From an uncultured Methanosarcinales archaeon (lineage in GTDB: Archaea; Halobacteriota; Methanosarcinia; Methanotrichales; Methanotrichaceae): 64,000 bases of DNA. Below are positions 30,101-39,497 of this stretch, piece after piece. The stretch lies in assembly GCA_963843555.1 (NCBI GenBank), contig CAWJKV010000014.1, positions 1 through 64,000 of the forward strand, read 5' to 3'. The translations under genes were made by a program, and so were the position numbers. Each line of letters begins with the position of its first letter. Position 1 is the stretch's first letter. Below the pieces are notes generated by a model. That model searched no databases, was not told where the DNA came from, and saw only the letters and a list, made by a program, of their open reading frames with translations.

Positions 30101-32899
30101 CTCACGATTCGGGAGCGAGCTTACATCGATCTGGCGCGCCAGCTCTTGAGGGCTCATGCCTACTGGCATATTATGGGGCTGGCAGTGGATCTGGTTATCT
30201 GGAACGGCGACAGTTCAGGGTACCGGCAGCAGCTTCAGGACGAAATTATGGGCATGATATCCGTTAGCACTGACTCCCGGGACCGGCCTGGCAGAGTCTA
30301 TGTGATACACGGGGATGAGATATCCGAAGAGGCAGGGATCCTTTTGCAGGCCACTGCCCGAGCCGTCTTTTCCGATGATAGAGGAACATTCGAGGAGCAG
30401 CTCGATCGCAAGAATAGACTCTATGGAACAGCCCCTCTTTTAAATCCGGAAAAAATTTTGCGGGTCGAGGACTATAAGGCGGTTGAGTCGTCGGGCCAGG
30501 ATCTGATCTACTTCAACGGATTTGCCGGTTTTACAAAGGATGGAAGGGAGTATATAATCAGGATGGCGCCGGGACAGACGACCCCGGCTCCCTGGTCTAA
30601 TGTGATAGCAAATGCTCATTTCGGGACGGTGATCTCAGAATGCGGAGGAGCCTATACCTGGGGCGAGAACTCCCAGCAGTTCCGCTTAAGCCCCTGGTAT
30701 AACGATCCTGTAAGCGACTCCAGCGGCGAGGCTATGTACATCCGAGACGAGGAAACCGGCCAGTTCTGGTCCCCAACCGGGCTGCCCGCAAGGGGAGAGA
30801 CACCTTACACCTGCAGGCATGGACTTGGCTACAGCGTCTTCGAGCACAAAGAACTCGGGATCGCGTCTGAGCTGTGGATATATGTGGCATTAGACGCACC
30901 TGTGAAGTTTTGCAGGCTGGTTATCCGCAATGAGTCAATTGGTTCTCGCCGGCTATCCGTTACAGACTTTGTCGAACTGGTGCTGGGAGAGATGCGCATA
31001 AAGAGTGAAATGCACATAAACACAGAGATCGATTCAAGGACAGGAGCCATCTTTGCCAGAAATCCCTATAATACGGATTTTCCTGCAAGAGTGGTCTTCC
31101 TGGATGTCAATACCGGGGCAGACAGCTTCAGTGGCGATCGGGCCGAGTTCCTGGGCCGAAATGGCAGCCTGGTCAGTCCTGAAGCCATGGCAAGGGTTCG
31201 GCTCTCCAACAGAGTGGGCGCAGCCATGGACCCGTGCGCTGCCCAACAGGTTAAGATAGATCTCGAAGAAGGGCAGGAGAGCGAGATAGTCTTCATCCTT
31301 GGAACGGGACGAAACATGGATGATGCACGAAATCTGATCAAACGTTTTCGAGGATCAGGTCCGGCGCGTTCTGCTCTGGAGGCGGTCTGGAACTACTGGA
31401 ACCGCACCCTCGGCGCGTTGCGCGTGGAGACTCCGTATAGGTCTTTGGATGTGCTCACCAATGGTTGGCTCATCTACCAGACCCTGGCCTGCCGCATTTG
31501 GGCACGCAGCGGATACTATCAGTCGGGAGGAGCCTTCGGCTTCCGTGACCAGTTGCAGGATTCAATGGCTCTGATCTACGCAGAGCCTCAAATCGCGCGC
31601 GAGCACCTGCTACGATGTGCTGCCCAGCAGTTCCCGGAAGGAGATGTCCTGCATTGGTGGCATCCGCCATCGGGACGCGGCGTGCGCACGCATAGTTCTG
31701 ATGATCGTCTCTGGCTGCCGCTGGTCGCACATATCTACGTCACCACCACAGGAGATACGGGAGTGCTGGATGAATGCATTAACTTCATCGAAGGCAGAGA
31801 CCTTAAGCCTGATGAGGAAGCGAACTACGATCTACCCGTAAAATCAGAAGAGTGCGGAACCCTTTATGAGCACTGCATTCGAGCCATCAGGCGCAGCCTG
31901 CAGTTGGGACAGCACGGCCTGCCTCTCATGGGGACTGGCGATTGGAACGATGCCATGAACCGGGTGGGCTATCAGGGCAAGGGGGAGAGCGTATGGTTGG
32001 CTTTCTTCCTGTATGATGTGCTCAACAGGTTCAGAGAGATCTCTCTCATGCGAGGCGATAAGACCTTCGCCGATATTTGCACCAGCGAGGCTGCCCGTCT
32101 CCGCCAGTCGATCAGAGAGAACGGATGGGACGGCAAATGGTATTTACGGGCTTATTTTGATAGCGGAGAGCCCCTGGGGTCTTCGGCTAATGAAGAATGT
32201 CAGATCGACTCCCTCACGCAGAGCTGGTCGGTTCTCTCCGGTGCAGGAGATCCGGAAAGATCAAAGACGGCCATGATGGAGGTGGATCGCAGGTTGGTAA
32301 GAAGGGATGAATCGCTGATTATGCTCCTGACGCCGCCCTTTGATAAGTCCGACATGGATCCGGGTTACATCAAAGGATACATTCCGGGAGTGAGAGAGAA
32401 CGGCGGGCAGTACACTCATGCCGCCATCTGGGTAACAATGGCTTTTGCCGCCATGGGTGACAGCCTCCGGGCCTGGGAGCTGCTGGATATGATTAATCCA
32501 GTGAATCACGGCTCGACTCCGGAACAGGTGGCAGTCTACAGGACGGAGCCGTATGTCATGGCGGCCGATGTCTATGCTATGCCGCCGCATGTTGGGCGGG
32601 GCGGATGGACCTGGTACACAGGAGCGTCGGGATGGATGTACCGGCTCATTGTCGAGTCATTGCTCGGAATGAAGCTGGATGCTGACAAGCTGCATTTTGC
32701 ACCATGTATTCCTGTTGATTGGAAGTCGTTTATCCTGCATTACCGCTATCGTGAAACGTTCTACCACATTACTGTCGAGAGGACGGGGGAAGGATGCATA
32801 GTATCAAGCGTGACGGTGGACGGCCTGGCGCAGGAGGATAGGATGGTGCACCTGGTCGATGATCGGAAGGAGCATAATGTGGGGGTGAAGATAGGATAG
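24122..32899 (+). CDS. ndvB: Cyclic beta-1,2-glucan synthase (NdvB/ChvB/Cgs-like; GT84 plus cyclisation domain plus GH94 phosphorylase)
   Basis: EWLLDNFY, ERKRG, GKGIYDV, SHDLLEG, RRHRWIRGDWQ, LPPDNYQE, DLLASEARL, PWGISES, YQSGGAFGFRDQLQD, GDWND, ENGGQYTH, GRGGWTWYTG; SD AGGAG before TTG. Confidence 0.93.
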   Translation: MNRLKEGDDGDAFLNKFSYEQPLNSELFSTEQLKEHAKMQAERDEIDPKLNKDLLLPRLDENEQILLHVYELLTDAVASNLRIAPASEWLLDNFYRIEGQIRIARLHLPANYSKILPHLLKGPLAGYPRVYGLATELLLHTDGRLDAERLKGLVEGYQTVSKLNLGELWAVPIMLRLALIENLRRISLCIARARYDRNLAGNWVDKIIEVAETAPKDMIVVVAELARSDPPLSGAFVAEFARRLEGQSIAFALPLTWIEERLSEMGKTTGQMIQQDIQRGAADKVSIGNSIGSFRFLESMDWREFVEGSSAVEKALDQDPAGVYSQMDFATRDRYRHTVEKIARNCRLSEEEVAHNAVKLAQERLEASGSEDRCAHVGFYLIDKGLAKLERTVGMRRSLNESIVRAALRFPLLCYVGAIVLVTALTAAVMLILAPKLGSNEWMLVPASILLLFCMSSPAVGLVNLLATMLVKPHILPRMDFSGGIPKELSTLVVVPSLLTDPERVSDLLLGLEIRYLANRDENLCFGLLVDLADAEQEIMPEDEHLLLLAHNGIEALNEKYPDGIFFLFPRRRKWNSQDEIWRGYERKRGIIGELNSLLRGGSEDSFSGITGNVSILPGIKYVITVDEDTKMPYDSARLLIETMAHPLNRPRFDEHKRYVAEGYSILHPRLSASMPEADRSRFVKLFGGEPGIDSYTREVSDVYQDIFGEGSFSGKGIYDVDAFLQSLGERFPDNLILSHDLLEGSYARAALVSDVQFYEDYPYRYSSDVSRRHRWIRGDWQIVNWLLARVPGPGGMIVDNPISGLSRWKIIDNLRRSLVTPAQIFLLSLAWLILQQPEFWTYIVIGAILVLPVLASIRSILIKSAEIPMDQHLRSAGRSTARHLAQAVLSLTFLPYEAFFSLDAIVRSAGRMHFTHKLLLEWNSSSSSKSNGQSGLVGFYRSMWIAPAVAISLAVYLAFLRTDVFNFVWPLLVSWSLAPAVAWWISQPLDTPKAKLKEDQTIFLRKLSRKTWRFFETFVGPENHWLPPDNYQEKPLSVTATGTSPTNMGLSLLANLAAYDFGYISTGKLIERNASTLENMMGLERFHGHFYNWYDIKMLEPMQPKYISTVDSGNLSGHLLTLQQGMNELLDQKILPPQAIDGLIDTLHILRDAVGGSPAEDGREEIVRSHILEQIARFQMELSSPPSTLSAAWLLLDQQMRNISELLDLLSPKVNDEVKWWARAYERQLRDHLDDLTLMAPWLLLPMRIMVHPLDEEVLIEASTERTGMLSQLQAELLRLESIPSLGEISEMTLKLVPMIDQILGSIQGMGKQGMSQEERDWFLQLGQTITEAGNRAVDRKASIEKIAEECGDLAEIEYDLLFDESRKLLAIGYNVNDSRRDESCYDLLASEARLCSFVAIAQGRLKLEHWFVLGRSLTSAGGELALLSWGGTMFEYLMPLLIMPTYENSLLNQTYRSTVVRQIEYGKQRGVPWGISESGYNIIDINQIYQYRAFGVPGLGFKRGLAKDLVIAPYASVLALMVSPFEACTNLQQMANKGYLGEYGFYEAVDYTPSRLSRDETSAIVQSFMAHHQGMSFLSLAYVLLDRPMQRRFMKNPIFQSVDLLLQERVPRAAPFYPHAAEVSSSIWRTGMPERQEAFRAFTDPNSSPSDLHLLSNGNYKLMITSSGAGYSQWKDVAVSRWKGDSTRDNEGQFIYIRDLDNNEVWSAGYQPICRNEETYQAIFQGSKAEFRSRVLDIDTHTEVVISPEDDVELRSVSLTNLSSTRRTIELTSYAEVVLTTPMADATHPAFSNLFVETEIVRKRSAILCTRRPRSKDDKTPWMLHLIAAEKINEDEVFFETDRSLFMGRGKTTANPDALNGKVELSDSEGPILDPIVSIRCTVAIDPGEKVKVNFVTGIADTRDSALGLIDKYHDPGLTERVHNLAWTHDQMIKQQLNITESDIHLYLRLAGGVIYPSSNWRANASILLSNQRGQSVLWAYGISGDIPIVLLTIRERAYIDLARQLLRAHAYWHIMGLAVDLVIWNGDSSGYRQQLQDEIMGMISVSTDSRDRPGRVYVIHGDEISEEAGILLQATARAVFSDDRGTFEEQLDRKNRLYGTAPLLNPEKILRVEDYKAVESSGQDLIYFNGFAGFTKDGREYIIRMAPGQTTPAPWSNVIANAHFGTVISECGGAYTWGENSQQFRLSPWYNDPVSDSSGEAMYIRDEETGQFWSPTGLPARGETPYTCRHGLGYSVFEHKELGIASELWIYVALDAPVKFCRLVIRNESIGSRRLSVTDFVELVLGEMRIKSEMHINTEIDSRTGAIFARNPYNTDFPARVVFLDVNTGADSFSGDRAEFLGRNGSLVSPEAMARVRLSNRVGAAMDPCAAQQVKIDLEEGQESEIVFILGTGRNMDDARNLIKRFRGSGPARSALEAVWNYWNRTLGALRVETPYRSLDVLTNGWLIYQTLACRIWARSGYYQSGGAFGFRDQLQDSMALIYAEPQIAREHLLRCAAQQFPEGDVLHWWHPPSGRGVRTHSSDDRLWLPLVAHIYVTTTGDTGVLDECINFIEGRDLKPDEEANYDLPVKSEECGTLYEHCIRAIRRSLQLGQHGLPLMGTGDWNDAMNRVGYQGKGESVWLAFFLYDVLNRFREISLMRGDKTFADICTSEAARLRQSIRENGWDGKWYLRAYFDSGEPLGSSANEECQIDSLTQSWSVLSGAGDPERSKTAMMEVDRRLVRRDESLIMLLTPPFDKSDMDPGYIKGYIPGVRENGGQYTHAAIWVTMAFAAMGDSLRAWELLDMINPVNHGSTPEQVAVYRTEPYVMAADVYAMPPHVGRGGWTWYTGASGWMYRLIVESLLGMKLDADKLHFAPCIPVDWKSFILHYRYRETFYHITVERTGEGCIVSSVTVDGLAQEDRMVHLVDDRKEHNVGVKIG

Positions 32900-33268
32900 G
32901 ACTTCTAGAGGATGAAAGTTCGAAAGGAACTATCATTCTCATTCTCTTGTCGTCGGGAAAGATATTCCACTATCTACTTGAAAACTAATGAGAATCGTGT
33001 TGATCCGACAGTAAATCTTCCAATAACTCTTCTCTTCCCACCCGAGATCTTCGTGATCGGTCATCGCCCCACTTTGGAATCGCGATCGAGGCGTAGGTCG
33101 CATATTTATGGTTCGCGTCTTTGCGCCTTCAGGACCGTAGCCCGGGTTTCTGCAAATTAAATTTATTTAAAATTATAATATATTTGGCCCACTGCAACCA
33201 AGATTCATAGCAAGATATTTAGCTTAATATGAGAAAGTATCTAATGAAAATATAGGCACTTAAGAGGT

Positions 33269-33616
33269 GTGAAGATGATTGGAGTATGTCCTGGATGTGG
33301 AAAGCCTTTCCGAATTGAGCAGGCAAAAGGCGGAGAAGGATGGGTTTACTGCGAAGACGTATGCATCAGCCCGGCTGATATGCCCACTGGCCAGAGGACG
33401 ATGGCGGATCAAGCCACGAAATTGTACACTGACGGAAACATGAATGAGATGAAGCGAGAGGATTACATCAAGACGCATGGATTCGATCCCGAGCCGGTGA
33501 TGGATGCAGTCAACAAATGGCGTGAAGAGCAGATCATGCAATGGGCTGCCTCAATGGGAAAGAGCGGAGATGAAGTAGACCAGTGGATCAGAAGAATCAG
33601 TAAAAAGTTGCCCTGA
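33269..33616 (+). CDS. Hypothetical protein with N-terminal CxxC Zn-ribbon-like motif
   Basis: CPGC...CEDVC; SD-like GAGGTG. Confidence 0.65.
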   Translation: MKMIGVCPGCGKPFRIEQAKGGEGWVYCEDVCISPADMPTGQRTMADQATKLYTDGNMNEMKREDYIKTHGFDPEPVMDAVNKWREEQIMQWAASMGKSGDEVDQWIRRISKKLP

Positions 33617-33757
33617 AGCCAGAGCTTAACGCCGAGCAAGAAGATTTGCATCAATCTCGGTCGGTTTATTCCTTTTTTATGCATTTTTCCAAATTTGTCG
33701 TTTGCATGAACGAACGAGGAAAAGCTCATTTAATCGAATAGGATACTAACTATTAAT

Positions 33758-35122
33758 ATGGCCCATGAGAACGTCCCTCCCTGGCTCAGAGAAGTGAAGA
33801 GGACCCGCCCGGTTATTGCCCTCACTCGAGATATTGATTCGGATGTAGCCATTGTGGGAGGAGGAATATCAGGAGTCGCGACTTCTTACTTCCTTCTCCG
33901 CGATACGGGACTGAGTGTAGATCTCATAGAAAAAGGCAGAGTGGCGCACGGGGCCACGGGCCACAATGGCGGTCAGGCAGTGGCCGCCTTCGAGCGTCCT
34001 TTAACGGAGCTCTGCGAAAAATTCGGGGAGGAAAAGGTCTCGGAAGGGCTGTTGGCCATAATAGGTGCCTGGAAACTACTTTACTCCATGATCTCGGAGA
34101 CTGGAATCGACGTCACCCTCCAGGAGGTCAAAGCCCATATTGGCCTCTCTTCCCTCGAAGACGTCCTGATAACGCTCAAGGAAATGCAGCTCTCAGATCG
34201 GTTGGGCCTTCCCAGCGAGGACATATTTCTGGCAGAGGACATTGCAGGAGACATTCCCGGAGAATACCAATGCTTGTTTAAAAGAAGGCAGAGAAAGGAA
34301 ATTGATGAGCTGCTCCTGACACGAGATAGTGGCTATATCTCTGTTCTGATGGTCAGGACTGCTTTGATGAATAGCGCCCTCTTTTGCGAAGAACTGGTCT
34401 CATGGATGCTCGACAATTATCCCGGCAGGTTCAGTGTCTATGAGGATACTGAAGTGAAGAGGATCAAGGTAAGCAGGGGCTCGATCTGCGGCCAAGACAA
34501 CGGCGCCGATCTTGAGGCAGGCAAAAATGTGATCAATGCAAAGCATGCCATTATTTGCACCAATGGCTATAATTATCAGGAGATCGAGGGCCTGGATGAA
34601 TCGACAGGTATGGCCATTAAGGGTATAGTGGGGTTCATGGTCGGGTACATGGGCAGGAAGTTGAGGGATCCTGCAGCTTCGGTCTACTTAAGCTCAAGAA
34701 GATCCGGGCAGGAAGGCTACTTTTACATGAACCGGAGAATGTATATTGATGGCGCTAACCGGGAGCTTACAAGCGTGGGCGGGGCCGACCGTCCTCTGGG
34801 GTCGAATGAGATGTACCGCCCCGAGGATATCCCTGAGGCGGAAGAAGAGTATTCAAAGATCGAAGAATTCTATGGGAAGACGGTCATCGGCGTACCTGCA
34901 GATATGCGTCGGGACTTCTCCTGGCATGGTCTGATGGGCTATACATCCAGCGGAGTCAGAGTTATCGGAAGGGATCCCAATCACTCGTGCCTGGTCTACA
35001 ACATGGGCTGCAACGGCATAGGCTTATTGCCGTCCATCTACGGCGGAAAGAGAGTGGCGCAGATCATTAATGGTGAGGCTCTGGCTCCGTCTATCTTCGA
35101 CCCTATCCGGCCTCGTCATTGA
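33758..35122 (+). CDS. FAD-dependent oxidoreductase (DadA/PuuB-like)
   Basis: VAIVGGGISG, GATGHNGG, CTNGY, GCNGIG. Confidence 0.88.
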   Translation: MAHENVPPWLREVKRTRPVIALTRDIDSDVAIVGGGISGVATSYFLLRDTGLSVDLIEKGRVAHGATGHNGGQAVAAFERPLTELCEKFGEEKVSEGLLAIIGAWKLLYSMISETGIDVTLQEVKAHIGLSSLEDVLITLKEMQLSDRLGLPSEDIFLAEDIAGDIPGEYQCLFKRRQRKEIDELLLTRDSGYISVLMVRTALMNSALFCEELVSWMLDNYPGRFSVYEDTEVKRIKVSRGSICGQDNGADLEAGKNVINAKHAIICTNGYNYQEIEGLDESTGMAIKGIVGFMVGYMGRKLRDPAASVYLSSRRSGQEGYFYMNRRMYIDGANRELTSVGGADRPLGSNEMYRPEDIPEAEEEYSKIEEFYGKTVIGVPADMRRDFSWHGLMGYTSSGVRVIGRDPNHSCLVYNMGCNGIGLLPSIYGGKRVAQIINGEALAPSIFDPIRPRH

Positions 35123-35420
35123 AGGCTTTATCGTCCTTCATTCAGAAACCAGTCTTCATCACCGGAGGCCACATGGCCTGCTTCCCGAAGATCGGTAGCC
35201 CTGAAAAAAAGATTGCTGTAAGATGGCTGATCAAATGGTAAATCTATATGATGCGCCGCTCACGAATGTCCCTGTTTCATCATAGCCCAAAAAGTAGTTT
35301 TATTCATTTTTCGCCTCAATTTCAATTATTTACACTCCCCTATAAAGCCAGCTTACGGTCGGCTGGTATTCCAATTGCATTTGCTAATGTAAAAAAGTAT
35401 GCTTTGTTTGCACCTACTCA

Positions 35421-36014
35421 TTAAAAATAGCCCTTGCAGGCCTTTTGAACTAAGAAAAGCAAGAGCACTGCTACATCCTCAGTGCTGTAAACCCTCATTA
35501 GCCCTCGATCAAATAGGATAGTCGCTCCTCCTGGCAGCTCCTCATCCCCCATCCAGAAGAGGATTCGTGCGAATATCCCGGGAAAGGTGGCGACCTCTAC
35601 CGCGGTATCCCCTCCTTCAACCATTCTACCTTTGAAGCGCACCACCAGAATTTCTGTCAAATTCTCCGGATCCTTCTGGAAGCATTCCAATAGCGGTTTT
35701 ATGGTACTTTTCTGAAAGGCAGGCCAGAAGACCTGGCCGCCCTCGATCTCTTTGAAGGATATCCATTCGCCTGTAGGGTGAAAGCCATACTTTTGGAGGC
35801 CGATCAGGTAGTGAAGTATGAGAACTGCCTCCACTTCCCCGGCAGGAGAATTGGTGGCAACAGCCAGGACAGCTCTTTCATCAACTCTTACTTCGTAATT
35901 GTCTTCCAGGAGCAGTACGCTATATTTGGAGAATTCAGCCAGCTCTTTCAATTCGTCCAGGGCCTTATTTAATGAGATCTCGTAACCCATCAGATTCTCT
36001 GGGGGCGTGTTCAT
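35421..36014 (-). CDS. DUF3786-like protein
   Basis: ILHYL, GEWISFKEI.GG, FW.GDEE.PG.ATILFD, STED pattern. Confidence 0.75.
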   Translation of the reverse strand: MNTPPENLMGYEISLNKALDELKELAEFSKYSVLLLEDNYEVRVDERAVLAVATNSPAGEVEAVLILHYLIGLQKYGFHPTGEWISFKEIEGGQVFWPAFQKSTIKPLLECFQKDPENLTEILVVRFKGRMVEGGDTAVEVATFPGIFARILFWMGDEELPGGATILFDRGLMRVYSTEDVAVLLLFLVQKACKGYF

Positions 36015-36124
36015 ATTTTTCTTTTTTGGAGTGGAACGGCAGCGGTGAACCCGCGCAGCAAGCATCGGGAGTATTACGATAAAAATAAAAATTCAAGAAG
36101 TGAAATTATTAAATTTTGCCTTTA

Positions 36125-37684
36125 CTACTCAGAACCGCGAGGAACCTCCTGGTCCTTCTTTGGTATGCCAAAAAATGCCAATGCGGCGCAAACCAGGAAG
36201 ACAGCAGCTGCCACCAATAGCACTTCAGTCAACCCAATTTGATAAGCCTGCTGATAACCCCCCACCAATCCCTCCAGCTTAGACACCGGAATTGAATACT
36301 TTGAGGCCACTGAACCGACATTGCTTCCTAATATTTGCTTGAGAACCGTAGTAGCATTCTGAATCTGAGACTGATTTAGTCCAGCACCTCCTAAAATATG
36401 GTAGTAAGCATTCGTTCCGAATATGATGAATAGAGTATTCATTAGAGCAATTCCAAGGGAACTGCCTAAAGTCTGGCCAGCATTGTTGGCCGCGGAAGCG
36501 GAACCTGCCAGTTCCTTGGGCGGAACGCTCAGTGTCACGTTAGCCTGAGCAGTATTAGCAATTCCCAAGCCGAGACCGAACAATACCTCAGCAGCTATCA
36601 AGACCCAGAGAATTTCATCAGTAAGAGCTCGAGACATGAAGAGCAGGCCGAGCGCTGCAATGATGTTACCAAAGAATAAAATATTTCGGTTTCCAAACCG
36701 GCTTATGATCAAGCCGCCGAGTATACTGAAAGCAAATAAAGACATAGCCAACGGTATCATCGCCAGAGCAGATTTTTCGGGTGGTATCTTGAGCAGAATT
36801 TGCAGATAATTGGATATCTGGAAGTTAACACCGCTGATTCCCAAACCCATCAAGACATTCACAATCATGCTGACAGAAAAAACGCGATTAAGGAAGAGCC
36901 CAAATGGCAGGGCAGCATAATGTATTCGTGACTCCCACCAAAAGAAGGCACACATGATAGCCATGCCAAGGAAAATGGGTACCAGAACATTTTTTTGTAT
37001 GAAACCATTCAGCCCATTGGCCTCATTAATACCGTAGACTATTCCTATGAGGCCTGCCGCGCAAAGAAAGATGCCTACCCAATCCACTCTTTTCTGGGAC
37101 GCGGATTTGCTCTCAGGCACAATCTTCAGTACCAGGAGGAGCGCAACTAATCCGACCAGTATGGTAATAGAAAATGCGAATCTCCAGCCGTATGTCTGGT
37201 TCAGCCATTGAATGGCCAGTGTGGATAATCCAACGACAAGACCAGAGGACCCTCCAAAGATACCAATCGCTTTGGGACGCTCTTGCGAGCTAAAAGAAAT
37301 CACTATGATAGCCAGAGATAGGGGGCTAACCAAAGCACCACTGATACCAGCAAGTGCCTGGGCCCCTAACAAGAAATTAAAGGAAATTGCTGCAGCCGAG
37401 AGAATTGATGCGATTATTGAGCCTACCAGGCCTACTAAGAGCAATCGTTTTCTTCCATGGATATCCCCAAGGGTTCCGCCTCCCAGGATGAAGGCTGAAA
37501 GAACCAATAAGCCTATGCTTACAAGCATTCCAATCGAGGAGCTGGGTACACCGAAATTCTTCTGAATGGACGGTGCGATAAAGGCAATCATCGATAGACC
37601 GATGGCTGGCACCATGGCTGCCAGAGTGCATGCTGCCAGGATACGCCAGCGATTGGGATTTAGTTCAACAATATCGGATTGCAT
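36125..37684 (-). CDS. MFS transporter, DHA2/EmrB-like (14 TM)
   Basis: GGTLGDIHGRKR motif A; GWRFAF; long hydrophobic ORF. Confidence 0.9.
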   Translation of the reverse strand: MQSDIVELNPNRWRILAACTLAAMVPAIGLSMIAFIAPSIQKNFGVPSSSIGMLVSIGLLVLSAFILGGGTLGDIHGRKRLLLVGLVGSIIASILSAAAISFNFLLGAQALAGISGALVSPLSLAIIVISFSSQERPKAIGIFGGSSGLVVGLSTLAIQWLNQTYGWRFAFSITILVGLVALLLVLKIVPESKSASQKRVDWVGIFLCAAGLIGIVYGINEANGLNGFIQKNVLVPIFLGMAIMCAFFWWESRIHYAALPFGLFLNRVFSVSMIVNVLMGLGISGVNFQISNYLQILLKIPPEKSALAMIPLAMSLFAFSILGGLIISRFGNRNILFFGNIIAALGLLFMSRALTDEILWVLIAAEVLFGLGLGIANTAQANVTLSVPPKELAGSASAANNAGQTLGSSLGIALMNTLFIIFGTNAYYHILGGAGLNQSQIQNATTVLKQILGSNVGSVASKYSIPVSKLEGLVGGYQQAYQIGLTEVLLVAAAVFLVCAALAFFGIPKKDQEVPRGSE

Positions 37685-38070
37685 GTATCGTCTCGCTCCT
37701 CAAAAGCTTCCACTGCTGATCGGATGTTCCCAATTTTTCTTATGCCGGGTCTAGGCCCCTTCGACTGTGAGGCTGAATCGAATGGTTGAATAAAGCTATC
37801 ACCCTTTACCCAAGATGTATGCTCACTGCTGGTAGAAGAAATTTTCCTAATTTTGAATCTCATCTCAAGAATCAAATGCTATCGCGGTATTCCCAAGCCT
37901 TATGGTGCTCTAACGACATGGGAATTGCCAAAGTCAACAGCAAATCCTAAGTTCCAGATTTTTTCCATTTTGGTGGTGCAGTCGTGCAGTCACTATGACT
38001 CGAAAGAAAGTTATTAATGTTCAAAAATACTATAATATCTCAACAGATCAATATGGATGAGGAATGAAAT

Positions 38071-39117
38071 ATGAAATTAGGAAATATCTTGAAATTTGCC
38101 CTGTTTCTCCTGGTGATAGCAGTACCAATCGCTGGCGCTGAGAACGCCACAGAGAAGATCTGGTATATAAGCCCTGAAATGGCCTCCTGCACGGGTGTAT
38201 CTCCGCAAATGTGCCTGCAGGTCAAGGAAAATCCGCAGGAAAACTACACCCTATTTTACGGCGGGATAGAGGGATTCTGTTATAGGCCGGGTTATGAGTA
38301 TGAAATCAAAGTCAGAGAGGAGCCAGTTATAAATCCTCCGGCCGATGCGTCCTCCAAGAACTGGATCCTGGTTGAAGTGATCAGCAAGACAGGCGCTGTT
38401 ACAAGCTCAAACCTGGAAGGGGCTTCATGGTCTCTGGACACCTACCTCGACCAGGAAGGCAAAACAGAATGTGTGCTACCTTATACTGAAATTACTGCTC
38501 TATTCGAGTCAGGCCGGGTTTCTGGCAATGGGGGATGCAATAGCTATGGAGGCAACTACGTTAGAAAAGGGGATAATATTACAGTGGGCATGATTATTTC
38601 GACGTTGATGTTCTGTGCGGATAATATTTCGGACCAGGAATCGGAATATTTGCAAAATCTGCAGAATGCAGCCACATACAATGTCTCTGGCAATCTGCTG
38701 AGGATGATGAACGCGAATGGAACCATAATCCTAACTTATTCTGTAGTTCAGCCCCTGCCCCTATCGGGCACAAACTGGAGTATGCTATATTACAATAACG
38801 GCAAAGATGCCCTGGTTTCAGCCTTGGCAGGGATGGAGGTTACTGCCCACTTCAATGTCGATGGAAATCTAACGGGCTCGGCTGGCTGCAACAACTATGG
38901 GGCAAGTTATCAGGCCAATGGCAGCATGATCGAGATAGGGCCGGTAGCTACCACCCTCATGTATTGTTCTGAGCCAGAAGGCATCATGGAGCAGGAGAGC
39001 GAATACCTGACCGCCCTGCAGTCTGCAGCCAGCTACAGGATTGAAGGACAAGAATTGTCGCTCCTTTATGCAAACAATACCACAGCCATCACCTACAAGA
39101 ATGCTGCAGCCCTTTGA
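38071..39117 (+). CDS. Secreted DUF4377 plus two META (HslJ-like) domain protein
   Basis: CTGVSPQMCLQV, IEGF.Y.PGYEY, PPADAS; two GCN.Y...TLM.C META repeats. Confidence 0.85.
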   Translation: MKLGNILKFALFLLVIAVPIAGAENATEKIWYISPEMASCTGVSPQMCLQVKENPQENYTLFYGGIEGFCYRPGYEYEIKVREEPVINPPADASSKNWILVEVISKTGAVTSSNLEGASWSLDTYLDQEGKTECVLPYTEITALFESGRVSGNGGCNSYGGNYVRKGDNITVGMIISTLMFCADNISDQESEYLQNLQNAATYNVSGNLLRMMNANGTIILTYSVVQPLPLSGTNWSMLYYNNGKDALVSALAGMEVTAHFNVDGNLTGSAGCNNYGASYQANGSMIEIGPVATTLMYCSEPEGIMEQESEYLTALQSAASYRIEGQELSLLYANNTTAITYKNAAAL

Positions 39118-39497
39118 GGATGATCTGAGACTGGAAATCTGTCGATAATCCTTAGGCGCGACTGTGCGCAAAGGCTCGGAAGCTGACGCTTCCGGGCTCA
39201 AATTATCTTATGAGTTTTCTCAGACAGGATTGGATACGAATTGTGACATGAATTGAATAAATCATCCCTAAAATTCGTCAGAATTAGTGATCCTTAGCCG
39301 ATTCTTAATTCTTCATACTTTTATGAAAGCATCTCAAATATCTGTATATATGAATCATGATACTTTATAATGGCCAACTCTCAATAAGATGAAAGAACCA
39401 GGATCAAAAAACCTTTTCGACACCCATATCTTTGGCAACTCACAACCACGGTACTGGGAAAGATTTGGCAAGATACCAGTCTATAAAGGAGATAAAC

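Noticed and set aside
36029..36072. Small GC hairpin (GCGG-N5-CCGC) upstream of the DUF3786 gene as a riboswitch or tRNA fragment
   Set aside because: Too short, with no recognisable aptamer or cloverleaf.
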